Notes: generated by a model from the letters alone, not told the origin. 64,000 nt of DNA from Promethearchaeota archaeon (GCA_019058445.1 JAHPZA010000010.1:512001-576000), one strand, 5' to 3'. Positions 51,492 to 61,465 are shown, numbered from the stretch's first letter. A program made the numbers and translations.

Positions 51492-52716
51492 AGTAATCTG
51501 AATCAAAGTTAGGATATATTTTTTTTCTACGTCCCTCCTTTTTTATGATGACTAATTTAAGATCAATTAACTTCTTTATATGGTAATGAATAGTTTTATG
51601 ATCTACTTTTTTTCTCTTGGTAATTACGCTATTCCAGATACCTGGCTCTTTTTCAATCATTTCTAATATATCTAAGGTTAATTTACTTTTACTTAATTTT
51701 AAGTCTAAATTTGAGATTGGATTTTTTTGATAGTAGGGGAAATATGCAATATAATTTCCGATTCTCTTTTTTCCAATGACCTTATATGTTTCTAAAATAT
51801 CCAGATGCCATACGAGATTTCCTGGTGCGAGTTCTGACTTACGCAGCAACTCATTAAAGTGAATTCCAGGCTCATCTAATATCAGATCAATAATTTTATT
51901 TCTATTTTCATTTTCTAATACCTCTTCTAGGGTTAACCGATGAGCTCCTTTCTGAATTGAGGTAGATCTTGTTCTTAAATATTGAAAATAATCTTTTTTG
52001 GATATAATAACAACAACTGATAAAATAGCGAAAGCAAGAATAATAGAACTGATAATCAAAATGTATGAAAAATAACTTACTTCATAAATAGTAATATAAT
52101 ACTCTGTATCCTTGTCAAGTTCCGATATTGAGCTTTTTAGATAAATTTCTGAATTATCAGATACCTCTTCTGTTTCCAATAATTCCCAAGAATCATCATC
52201 TTCCTCATATAGAGCAATAGAATATTCAGTATATGTATTCAATCCATATTCTGAATCTTTTTTAAAAGTTATTTTTATTTTATCAATTGAACTGTTTGAT
52301 TTTATGCGATAAATGCATCTATATTCAGATCTTAATTGAATTGATCCTTGTTGTGGAGCATTAGGATTTTTTGAGTATCCAAAATTTTCCATACTTCTTT
52401 CAACTTTTATATCAAGTGAGATTGGATTGTCATTTTTTATATCCATGGAAACCTCACGATTTTCAATTCTTTCATTATATTTAATCTTAAGTTCTGTAAA
52501 GACTTCTGTGTCAATTTCAAAATGAATATTGTTCGAGAAATGATAAGAAACGCTTTCATCTCCCTTTATTTCTGTTTTTTTTGAAAATCCTGAAACGTCT
52601 TTATCTTTTTTAGCAATTCCATAAACTATAAATAAATTAAATTCAAGAAGAAAGAAAATTAAAAGTAATAAGGAAAAATTTCGTCTATTTAGTTTATTAA
52701 GAAATTTATATTTCAA
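51466..52716 (-). CDS. Membrane-tethered transcription regulator: signal/TM, beta-rich ectodomain, TM, double winged-helix
   Basis: VLENENR.KI..LI..EPGIHFNEL....LAPG.L.WHL..LE and second EPGI..S.I....DH.TI.YHI.KL. Confidence 0.8.
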   Translation of the reverse strand: MKYKFLNKLNRRNFSLLLLIFFLLEFNLFIVYGIAKKDKDVSGFSKKTEIKGDESVSYHFSNNIHFEIDTEVFTELKIKYNERIENREVSMDIKNDNPISLDIKVERSMENFGYSKNPNAPQQGSIQLRSEYRCIYRIKSNSSIDKIKITFKKDSEYGLNTYTEYSIALYEEDDDSWELLETEEVSDNSEIYLKSSISELDKDTEYYITIYEVSYFSYILIISSIILAFAILSVVVIISKKDYFQYLRTRSTSIQKGAHRLTLEEVLENENRNKIIDLILDEPGIHFNELLRKSELAPGNLVWHLDILETYKVIGKKRIGNYIAYFPYYQKNPISNLDLKLSKSKLTLDILEMIEKEPGIWNSVITKRKKVDHKTIHYHIKKLIDLKLVIIKKEGRRKKIYPNFDSDYFKSSLTID

Positions 52717-52789
52717 ATATTTTCAATCTCATTCGTTTTTCATTGAACATTTTAAAAAAAAAAAATTAAAATTATAATTTTATTATTCT

Positions 52790-53488
52790 TTATTTCCTTC
52801 TCTTTATAAATAATATTGCGATTCCTGCTAGAACTATTGCTCCGATTATAGATCCAATAATTAATAATAGAGTATAGTCAAATTCTGGTACTAATATTGT
52901 CCATGTCGAAAAGTGATCTGTTTCACATTCTAAATATCCATTTTTAGATGTGGTTTCAACGGTAACCCATTCTTCATTTTTCTTATCATAATAAGCCCAT
53001 GTGCCTCCTCTGTTTTCTTCATTTTCCTCTATTCTAAGCTTTGCTTCAATATCATCTTCACTAGAATCTATATCTACTACAAATCCTTCTTGATATCTAT
53101 ATCGATTTCGATTTCTTGCTGTATAAATGTTTCCTTTTTGAAGCCCAATACTATTCTGCTCTTCTCTACATTTCATTGTTAAATTTAGTTTATCATCTGA
53201 TTCTATTTCGATTTCAAAATCTTTATCCCCAATTTTTTTAGCATCACAATCAATAGAACAATTAGCTTTTTCATTACTTTCTACTGTTATTCTCGTTCTC
53301 TCCCTAAATCGAAATCTTACTCGTTCATTAGCACGAAGTTGTTCTTGAACATGATCGCTATCATCAATGTTGATTTTTTCATCATCACTAGCAGCATTGA
53401 CGGGAGTAGAGTTGTAGACCATAATCATTGAAAAGAGCATTGATAAAACCAAGAAAGAAAACACGATTTTTTTAGAATTTTTTTTCAT
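52790..53488 (-). CDS. Single-pass surface protein with juxtamembrane HFS motif
   Basis: Signal peptide (MKKNSKK..VNA), beta-rich domain, WAYYD...EW..V.T...GYLECETDHFSTWTIL, C-terminal TM + KRRK. Confidence 0.8.
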   Translation of the reverse strand: MKKNSKKIVFSFLVLSMLFSMIMVYNSTPVNAASDDEKINIDDSDHVQEQLRANERVRFRFRERTRITVESNEKANCSIDCDAKKIGDKDFEIEIESDDKLNLTMKCREEQNSIGLQKGNIYTARNRNRYRYQEGFVVDIDSSEDDIEAKLRIEENEENRGGTWAYYDKKNEEWVTVETTSKNGYLECETDHFSTWTILVPEFDYTLLLIIGSIIGAIVLAGIAILFIKRRK

Positions 53489-53724
53489 AAATTTTAACAC
53501 CTTAATTAAATAATGAAATAGAATAATATTCATTTAAAAAGGATTAAGGAACACTTTTCCCCATATATTAATCTTTTTATTGAGTGAGAAGAACAATTAA
53601 AACAAACTTTGATTATCAAATCCAAGAAATAAGCTTATGTTTAATTTAACAAATTTATATCATATCTTTTTATAATTTTATTAATTACCTATTTTACTAA
53701 TTTTCACTGATATCATCTCTAAGC

Positions 53725-55149
53725 ATGACAGAAAAGAATTCTAATTTTCATGATAGCATACCCCAAAAAGAACTAAGAATATTATCGACAAGCAAAGCAA
53801 TAATTTATACATTACCAAATATGGGCTTAACTGCATTGTTGGCAATAATTGTATTCTTTACGTTTTTATTTTACATTAATATCATGGGGCAGCCTCCATT
53901 AATCATTGGTGCTATTTTTTCTGCCACTATCTTCGTTTATGCTGTATTCTGTCCGATTTGGGGGGTAGTAGCTGATAAAATAGGAAAGAAAAAGTTACTC
54001 TTATTTTCAGGTCCTATCCTTGCCATAAGTTTTATTTTCATTTGGACTCCGCCTATCCCTACTGGCGCATATGGTGAACTGTATTTACCTCTTATACTCT
54101 GGTTGATATTCTTTGGTTTCACATTTAGAATAATGATCGCGGCATTTCAACCAATAATTTATTCTTTACTTCCAGAATTGAGCACAGAAGAGCAGAACCG
54201 AGTCAAGATCTCAATGATAAATATGATAATGATCATTATAGGAACTGTTATAGGAACGATTGGACCTATAATTTTAATGGGAGATGTTACTAAAAATCTT
54301 TCAAGAGAAGACCCTAAACTTTATTATCCTATTTCCTTAATTGGTAAGATAATATTTACTCAAATATTCTTCTTCGCAACATTAATAAGTATAATATTTT
54401 GTATTTGTCTTATTTTAATGCTATTATTCATAAAAGAGCCCCCCAAACAAACAGTTACGAAGCTTTCATTTAAAGAAATGGTTAATGATTTACTAGGTCC
54501 GTTTAAGGATAAAAATTACGGATTATTTTTGATTGTATTTTATTTATTTTGGATCCCTTTAGTGTCCTTTCAATTTTTAGTTTTAAATTTAGCCACATTT
54601 GTAATCTCCATGAGAGGAAATGAATTTATATTAATGGCTATAGTGGTAATCATGTTTGCAGCAGTGTCATTTATAGCATGGAAGAATCTCTCTGAAAAAT
54701 ATGGTTTGAAAGAAACACTTTCAATTTGTCTTATTTTCTCGATATTTTCTTTTATACTTTTTTCGTTATTGCTAGTACCTATGCCAGGTGAAGTGGGTAT
54801 AATTGTAGGGATTTTATTAATTTCACTAAGTTTTTGCAGTTCTGTAGGAATAATGGTATTTCCTTTTGCAATAATGAGTGATCTTATTGATAACGCCGAA
54901 ATAAAAACAGGAAAAAATTTAAGCGGATCCTATTCAGGTGCTTTTATCATGATGGGATCTTTAGCCTCTGCAAGCTCAGTGTTAATTATTTCAGTAAATC
55001 TCGAATTATATGGACCAGAAGCTGCACTTGGATATATTATAATTTTGTCTATTATTGGTCCCATCCTATTATTTGCCGCTTTACTAATTTTTCAAAAAGT
55101 TCAGGTTAAAGGCACACGTAAATTAGTAAAAAAATCAAATGAATACTAA
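53725..55149 (+). CDS. MFS transporter, GPH/MelB-like
   Basis: About 12 TM; G..ADK.GKK, SLLPELS...R, MSDLID..E.KTG....G.Y.G. Confidence 0.88.
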   Translation: MTEKNSNFHDSIPQKELRILSTSKAIIYTLPNMGLTALLAIIVFFTFLFYINIMGQPPLIIGAIFSATIFVYAVFCPIWGVVADKIGKKKLLLFSGPILAISFIFIWTPPIPTGAYGELYLPLILWLIFFGFTFRIMIAAFQPIIYSLLPELSTEEQNRVKISMINMIMIIIGTVIGTIGPIILMGDVTKNLSREDPKLYYPISLIGKIIFTQIFFFATLISIIFCICLILMLLFIKEPPKQTVTKLSFKEMVNDLLGPFKDKNYGLFLIVFYLFWIPLVSFQFLVLNLATFVISMRGNEFILMAIVVIMFAAVSFIAWKNLSEKYGLKETLSICLIFSIFSFILFSLLLVPMPGEVGIIVGILLISLSFCSSVGIMVFPFAIMSDLIDNAEIKTGKNLSGSYSGAFIMMGSLASASSVLIISVNLELYGPEAALGYIIILSIIGPILLFAALLIFQKVQVKGTRKLVKKSNEY

Positions 55150-55313
55150 AAAATTGATTTTATTTTTCTATATGTAAAAGTTTTAAAAGCAAAATCATTA
55201 TAAAAATATTATTAAGTTCTTTAGAACAAAATATTAATAACCCAATTCTTATAAAATTTAATTTGAACTAGACTTCGAATTAATTTTAAAACTAACTATG
55301 GAGTAAAAAGAAT

Positions 55314-57569
55314 ATGTCATTAAAAGAATTCACCAAAGAAGTTTTCACTCGCTATGGCTTAACTGAAGATGATATAAAAGTTTATCTAATGTATTTAAGA
55401 ACTCCTAGAGCGACAATTTCTGAAGCGTATCTCTCGTTTGACGAAGGTGAAATTGAATATACTAGAGTAGAAGAAATAACTAATATGTTAGTAGAGAAAA
55501 ATTTCTTGAAACAGATAGAAGGTATTGTTAATAGATACTTACCTCTAGAACCTTATTTTGAATTATTTACTAACGAGTCAGAATTATTTAGAAATGAAAT
55601 TGCGAAAATTAAGGATAATGTTCTTGCTGATCAATCCAATAGATTTGATAAGCTCGAAGCAATTCAGAATAAAACTATTGAAGAAGTTGAGAATGCCGTT
55701 AGTTCTCAAGTTAAAGAGTTCTTCGAAGATTCTGACAGTAAAAATCAAAGTAAAAAGGAAAGAATTGATAGTGCAACTGCTCGATTTACTGAGACTTCTA
55801 AAGCATTGGAAGCAAATCTTCATAGTATAAATGACAATTTAAATGCAGAGCTAAAAAAAATCTCTCAATCATTTGTAAGCGATAATGAAACTGAAATAAA
55901 TCGGGCAAAGGATGATCTAACGAAATTAATTGCAGAGTTATTGAGTGATTTTTCTAATAGAATAAATGATTTAGAAAAAGAATTGAAAAAAGATTTAGAT
56001 GGTCATGTAGATAGACATCAAACTATCTCAAATGAACTTAAACCAAAAATGGAGCAGATTCTTGAGAAATACCTTGAACGTATGGATAAAGTTATTACCG
56101 ATCTTAAGAAAAGAATTTCGAATTTGCTTACTGAGCACACAAGTCATGTGAAAAGTACGACAGGTAAAGTTGAATCAGATATTCACATACAAGTGGATGA
56201 TAGGCATTTAAAGTTAAGAGAGCAGGTAAATACTTACCGAGATAGAGCATTAACGCTACTTGAGAATTTATTGAGCACATCCAATATGTTTAGCAACTTT
56301 TCCGAAGAAATGGCAAACCAAGGGATATTCTTTTTCAAAGGAAAGAGACAAAAATATGTTGACAGATGGAATCGAATAGAAAAAGAAGTTGCCTCAATAT
56401 CAACACCATTTAAAGATGATTATATTAATGATTGTAATGAATATATTAGAACTACACAAACTACCGTAGATGATTTAAAAACAGATATTACTAATGTTAT
56501 GGCAAAGGAAAATAGTTCACTTGCCACTGAAACTACAGATCTTGATAAAAAGGCACAGGACGAGATTAGCGCAGAATTAGAAGCGTTAGCAACAGATATG
56601 GCAGGTGAAATCGACAACACCTTACAAGGTGGAGTTAAAGATTGTAGTGATACCTCAATAAAATTAAAAGATTCTTTAGAAAATTCCTTAAAACAACATA
56701 ATAGACAATATGATGAGGCAATTAATAGACACAAGGATGACTCGTTAAAATCTTATGATAATTTCGATGGAGAAATTAAAACGAAGAATCAAAATTGGAC
56801 AAGCAATGTCGATGGCAAATTTTCTGAAGGAAAACAAGATAGTTCTGAAAAAATCGATGCTGAAATTACTCTTTGGAATGAAGAATCAGCGGATATGAAC
56901 CAGATGCTAGCAAACATGCTTGAAGATCATAAGAATAAATATAAAACTAATGCTGAAACCCTTCAAAATAGTTTATCAACTACTACTCGGGATAATATTC
57001 AAAACATAAAAGATGCAATTGCCGATTTCACCCTTCAATTTATGAACTCAATTGATGATTCGACGGAATTAGCTGAAACAAACGAAGATAAATTGAAAGA
57101 TATCCATACAGCTTCCAGTGCAATCCCTGAAATTAGTCAAGTCACAACATGGCACACGATAGGGCGAGATGCATTAATTGCCGCAATAAAAGACGCAATA
57201 TACAGAACAAAATCATCAGTTATAATAGTTACCCCCGTTGTAATACCAGAAATTTTGCAGATTTTATCTGAGTTCGCTTACCAAAGAAAAGCTGCTCGAT
57301 TCATGCTCACGAGTCACTGGGATATGCAAGCCTATGGTGATATCGTTAAAAAAATGATGCAATTAGGGAATATACAATTCCGCAATCTGACGTCTGCGGG
57401 AGAATATTTTGCACTTACACGTGACGCCGAGGAAGTCGTTCTTGCACCATATTCAGATAAAGACGCAGAGATTATTAGCATTGTAAGTAATCATCCTGCT
57501 TATGCAAGGTTATACAGTCAATTTATAGGGCCGATTTTTCAAGCGAATAGTCGCCCAATAAAGCTTTAG
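55314..57569 (+). CDS. TrmB-like wHTH + long helical/coiled-coil region + PLD-like C-terminal domain
   Basis: GLTEDDIKVYL..L...AT..E, L.EK.F, RY.PLEP; C-terminal G..A....I...I.RTKSSVIIVTP and RDAEEVVLAP. Confidence 0.7.
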   Translation: MSLKEFTKEVFTRYGLTEDDIKVYLMYLRTPRATISEAYLSFDEGEIEYTRVEEITNMLVEKNFLKQIEGIVNRYLPLEPYFELFTNESELFRNEIAKIKDNVLADQSNRFDKLEAIQNKTIEEVENAVSSQVKEFFEDSDSKNQSKKERIDSATARFTETSKALEANLHSINDNLNAELKKISQSFVSDNETEINRAKDDLTKLIAELLSDFSNRINDLEKELKKDLDGHVDRHQTISNELKPKMEQILEKYLERMDKVITDLKKRISNLLTEHTSHVKSTTGKVESDIHIQVDDRHLKLREQVNTYRDRALTLLENLLSTSNMFSNFSEEMANQGIFFFKGKRQKYVDRWNRIEKEVASISTPFKDDYINDCNEYIRTTQTTVDDLKTDITNVMAKENSSLATETTDLDKKAQDEISAELEALATDMAGEIDNTLQGGVKDCSDTSIKLKDSLENSLKQHNRQYDEAINRHKDDSLKSYDNFDGEIKTKNQNWTSNVDGKFSEGKQDSSEKIDAEITLWNEESADMNQMLANMLEDHKNKYKTNAETLQNSLSTTTRDNIQNIKDAIADFTLQFMNSIDDSTELAETNEDKLKDIHTASSAIPEISQVTTWHTIGRDALIAAIKDAIYRTKSSVIIVTPVVIPEILQILSEFAYQRKAARFMLTSHWDMQAYGDIVKKMMQLGNIQFRNLTSAGEYFALTRDAEEVVLAPYSDKDAEIISIVSNHPAYARLYSQFIGPIFQANSRPIKL

Positions 57570-57703
57570 AAGATTTTTTTTATAAACTAGAGTTTTTTTA
57601 TTTCTTTCTTTAATTTTTTAATGGAAATTAATCAAATTAAAATATACTCCAAAATATTCTGTTAAAATTTAAAACAAATAGAAAAAAAGAAATTTTAATT
57701 AAA

Positions 57704-58990
57704 TTAATCCCACTTTGGGCCTCCACTTTTTTCAATAGAATTATCGTCATCCTCAGTGTGAATTCTCTTTAAGTCGATATCTGCATATCCAGGCAAGGAA
57801 TTTAACAATAATCTCATAGCATTCTCTATATCTTTCGAGGATGTGATAAATCTACCCACAATGAGGATATCTGCTCCCATATCAAGCGCATATTTAGCAG
57901 AACGGTGGTCTATCCCACCTGCAACAGCTACCAATACACGATCTCGCCCTGAAGCTAATTTTTTATCTTTATATAACTCTTTAATTTTTGGGATATTTTG
58001 CCAAGCTAGCTTTTGTACATCATCTGTTCCTGAGGCTGCGGATTCAGCGTCGATTGCTCTATGAAGGATTACTACATTAGGAATTTGTTTTAACTTACTC
58101 AATTTCTCAACAGGATTATCTAATTCCATAGTATCTACAAATCCATAAATCCCCATTCGTTGGGCTTCCAATAAAAATTTATCAATTGAGGAAATAGAAG
58201 CAAGACCACTTGCAACTGCAGCATCTGCGGTTGCATCAAACGCGAAATCAACCTCCAATTTCCCTACATCAAGTGTTTTTAAATCGGCAACAATAAACTT
58301 TTCGGGTGCAAGTTCTCGAATTTTTTTGATTGCTTCTACACCATATTTCTTCAAGAATGGAGTACCAATTTCTAAAATGATTCTATCGCTTTTTGGAAGC
58401 TGTTTAACAACTTTCATATGGTGAGACAATTCAGGATGATCCAAAGCAACTTGAATATAAGGAGGTCTCCATAACCTCGGAATTCTCATACCCGCTACAG
58501 GGTGTTTTGCTCTATCTTTATCATAAAAGATTTTTTCGATTGGAGGATAACTCTTTAATGCCCTTGTAAGAGCTAATTTAACAGCACCATAGTTATACTG
58601 ATAGATTTTTCGATAATCGCTTGCTTCAGGGTGGATGAATACACTTACAATGACAAGCCAATCATCCAATTTATTCATAGGGATGATACCTTCTTCCACG
58701 GCATCTGCAATTCCCTTCGCAACGGCAGCTTGTGCAGGTCCAAAAATCTTATTAGCATCTTCCATCTTGGCGACTGTTACTTTCGGAATAATAAGAGTAT
58801 ACGGTTTAGGTACAAGATTAGGTCGTATACATGCTAAAAGACCTCCATGTCCCATGCTAGGTGAACTAATTGCGTTAGCAAAGGAAACCCCTATAGGTCC
58901 GTCCTTGGAACCTATTACTAAATCTAAGTGAGCAAGGTTTGGAGCCTCACCGATAAGTGCCTCACCCACATAATACTCTGCTTTCGCCAT
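57704..58990 (-). CDS. fae-hps: Bifunctional formaldehyde-activating enzyme / 3-hexulose-6-phosphate synthase
   Basis: VGEALIG..AHLDL.IG, FGPAQAAVAK, FIHP, NYGA; QVALD, EIGTP, VADLKTLD, LHRAID, AVAGG, VGR. Confidence 0.92.
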   Translation of the reverse strand: MAKAEYYVGEALIGEAPNLAHLDLVIGSKDGPIGVSFANAISSPSMGHGGLLACIRPNLVPKPYTLIIPKVTVAKMEDANKIFGPAQAAVAKGIADAVEEGIIPMNKLDDWLVIVSVFIHPEASDYRKIYQYNYGAVKLALTRALKSYPPIEKIFYDKDRAKHPVAGMRIPRLWRPPYIQVALDHPELSHHMKVVKQLPKSDRIILEIGTPFLKKYGVEAIKKIRELAPEKFIVADLKTLDVGKLEVDFAFDATADAAVASGLASISSIDKFLLEAQRMGIYGFVDTMELDNPVEKLSKLKQIPNVVILHRAIDAESAASGTDDVQKLAWQNIPKIKELYKDKKLASGRDRVLVAVAGGIDHRSAKYALDMGADILIVGRFITSSKDIENAMRLLLNSLPGYADIDLKRIHTEDDDNSIEKSGGPKWD

Positions 58991-59206
58991 TTTTAATCTT
59001 GTTTTTATTTTATTTTCTATAATTTAATTAATTCTTGTGGTATTTCATATTTTTTAATGCTTATATTTTGCAGATAATATTTTAAAAACTCTTTCTACAT
59101 GTAATTAAAGAAAATACTCATTATTAAAATTACCATACAATATATTAATTTCCTGTTATTAATAAAGGAGATCTTCAAAATAAGAAAGAAAATTTATTAA
59201 ATTCTT

Positions 59207-60043
59207 TTAGGCGTCTTTTTGATCTTGAATTAAATTTTGGTTTTTTACTTCTTCTGGTAAGTCTTCAGGTATCTTAAAAGCAGATTCCACATTAGATATA
59301 TCTCTGGCTTTAGCGAACCTCTCATCTGAAAATATCGGAATCTTTAACTTAAGGATTGGAATTTTAGCTTTATCCTTTTCATGGATATATAATTCAATTC
59401 CTTGAATTTGTCTATCATTAATAATTATTCGTGTAGAATAATCATAATCACTAAAAAAAGTAAAACCCCTATTGAGAATGCCCATCTTTACAGGTTTTTT
59501 GACAGTCTTTTCTTCTTGAACAAATGATTCTACGAAATCTTCTTCAGTATATACATTTCCGCTAATTAAAAAGAATTTACGTTCATAGTTCTCTGGAGGT
59601 GGAATGTCGTTAATATAATCAATCGCTTTATTAATATCAATATTAGTGGCGACAGTTATATCTAATCTCGCGCTGGAACCATACGTTTGCTCCATAAAAT
59701 CCTTTTTGTCAAATGGTTTTGCAATGCCCCCTCCTAATGATTTTTCCATTGCACCTTGGTATTTTTTATCTTCTTTAGAATAAGCATTTAAGGATTGTAC
59801 TCGGTAAAATAGTCGAAGTTGCTGTCTCATCTTTCTTGCTAAGATTCCCCCATAAATTTGCAATTTAAAAGAACTCTTTTGGCCATTCCATATAAAGATA
59901 GTTTTAGAATCGTGATCAATAGCTAAGAAGACTTTGTCTTTATTATCACTATTTAGAATGTCTTTTACAATTTCTCCCTCTACAATTTCCTCAATAGCCA
60001 TATGAGGAAATTCTTTTAATTCAAGAACTTCGAATACTTGCAT
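59207..60043 (-). CDS. Gelsolin-like domain protein with unknown C-terminal domain
   Basis: LNSD..KVFLAIDH..KTIFIWNG.KSS followed by a long helix (G..LA..MR). Confidence 0.6.
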   Translation of the reverse strand: MQVFEVLELKEFPHMAIEEIVEGEIVKDILNSDNKDKVFLAIDHDSKTIFIWNGQKSSFKLQIYGGILARKMRQQLRLFYRVQSLNAYSKEDKKYQGAMEKSLGGGIAKPFDKKDFMEQTYGSSARLDITVATNIDINKAIDYINDIPPPENYERKFFLISGNVYTEEDFVESFVQEEKTVKKPVKMGILNRGFTFFSDYDYSTRIIINDRQIQGIELYIHEKDKAKIPILKLKIPIFSDERFAKARDISNVESAFKIPEDLPEEVKNQNLIQDQKDA

Positions 60044-60215
60044 AGCTTTGTCGGTAACTTATATATAATTTTATTTATTAATTTTCTCTAAAATAAATTT
60101 TGCCATTTTTTTTATATTTATTCCGTAGAAAAGGAAAAAAGTATTCAAGATCGATAAAATATTTAAGTTTTAAGACATTTAATATCTCAATTTTCCTTTT
60201 GTAAATTTGATAAAC

Positions 60216-60623
60216 ATGAGTTCTGAGAAAAGAATATACAAGTTGAATATATCTGGAGGCACCTCTGGACCGGGAAAGGGCTTGTCTAAACTCATAGAGA
60301 TTGATGAGAAGAAATTTCGCTTCGAAGGTATGAAAATAGGTGATATGATAAAAGGAGGGCTTATAGGATTTCCAAATTACGAATTCCAAATTACCGGTGG
60401 GAGTGATTCGTCTGGATTTCCAATGCGCAAGGATGTTCATGGTCCCGTTAAGAAAAAGATACTGGTATCAAAAAGGGGAATTGGATATAAGCCAACGAGA
60501 AAAGGGCAGAAAAGGCGTAAAACGGTTAGAGGAAATGAAGTAACCTATGATATGACCTTGATTAACCTTTTAGTTACTAAATATGGAGAAGTTGAGCTCT
60601 TTAAAACGAAAGAGGAAGGGTAA
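60216..60623 (+). CDS. rps6e: 30S ribosomal protein S6e
   Basis: G.KIGD.I.G..IG, ITGGSDSSGFPMR.DV.G, G.KRRKTVRGN. Confidence 0.96.
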   Translation: MSSEKRIYKLNISGGTSGPGKGLSKLIEIDEKKFRFEGMKIGDMIKGGLIGFPNYEFQITGGSDSSGFPMRKDVHGPVKKKILVSKRGIGYKPTRKGQKRRKTVRGNEVTYDMTLINLLVTKYGEVELFKTKEEG

Positions 60624-60674
60624 AATTAGAAATCAACAATTAATAAATAATTGACTCAAACAGGTGATTATTCG

Positions 60675-60857
60675 ATGGTAAAAGTGAAAAAATGTAGTTT
60701 CTGTGGATATGATATACCAATTGGACGTGGTCTTATGTTTGTAAGGAGAGACGGAACTATTTTTAATTTCTGTACAAATAAATGTAGAAAAGCGATGTTA
60801 AAATATAAAAAGAATCCAAGAAAAACTCGTTGGACTACGTTTTATGGTAAAGAATAA
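60675..60857 (+). CDS. rpl24e: 50S ribosomal protein L24e
   Basis: CSFCG..I..GRG.MFVR.DG....FC..KC, NPRK..WT; AGGTGA upstream. Confidence 0.96.
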   Translation: MVKVKKCSFCGYDIPIGRGLMFVRRDGTIFNFCTNKCRKAMLKYKKNPRKTRWTTFYGKE

Positions 60858-60934
60858 TATAATCTAATTTTATGATAAGTTAATCTAAGAGAAAATAATT
60901 ATACGTTAGTTTTATTTCGTTCAAAGCTCTTTTG

Positions 60935-61465
60935 TTATTCTGTTTCTCGGGGTAATTGTAATCCTTTTATACAAGCCCCAATTATTGATAAGGAGGATCC
61001 TAATATTATTCCAATAACTCCAAATCCAAAAGTGTTATACGCCCAAAATCTATATGTTGTAGTAGTGGTAGTTCTTAATGATTCATCTTTCTCAATAGTA
61101 GTTATAGAATATGTTATTAAATAATGAATTGAAAACGCCCAAAAGACGATTACCACAATTATTAAAAATCCCATTAGAAACCATATTCTTTCAACAAACT
61201 CGATTTCATTTTCAGAGCGTCTAAAGTTTAGTGCGGTTATAATAATTCTTAAGGCACAAAGCGAGATTACTATTGTACAAATAATTGAAATAATTAGTGC
61301 TGTGATATTGCTCATTAAAGAGAATGAACCATGAAAAGATAAACCCCATATCCAAATAGTTTCTGTATCTTTTAGAGGTACTGACGCAGGTGTTAAAAAG
61401 GAGATAAAAATTAAAAATCCTCCTATAAGAGGAAATAGCCAAGAAGATTCCTTTAATTTACTGAT
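60935..61465 (-). CDS. Four-TM membrane protein, probably with non-canonical ATC start
   Basis: Frame is open 50 codons upstream of ATG 61315 (ISKLKESSWLFPLIGGFLIFISFLTPA...IWIWG); ATC at 61465 follows GAGGT. Confidence 0.6.
   Translation of the reverse strand: MSKLKESSWLFPLIGGFLIFISFLTPASVPLKDTETIWIWGLSFHGSFSLMSNITALIISIICTIVISLCALRIIITALNFRRSENEIEFVERIWFLMGFLIIVVIVFWAFSIHYLITYSITTIEKDESLRTTTTTTYRFWAYNTFGFGVIGIILGSSLSIIGACIKGLQLPRETE

Noticed and set aside
52530-52545. HFS tripeptide near the N-terminus of the wHTH protein ectodomain as a cleavage site
   Set aside because: It aligns with a beta-strand (RFR) of the paralog, not the juxtamembrane position; probably coincidental
61221-61442. 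73-aa minus-strand ORF
   Set aside because: Alternative frame overlapping the extended 60935-61465 membrane gene
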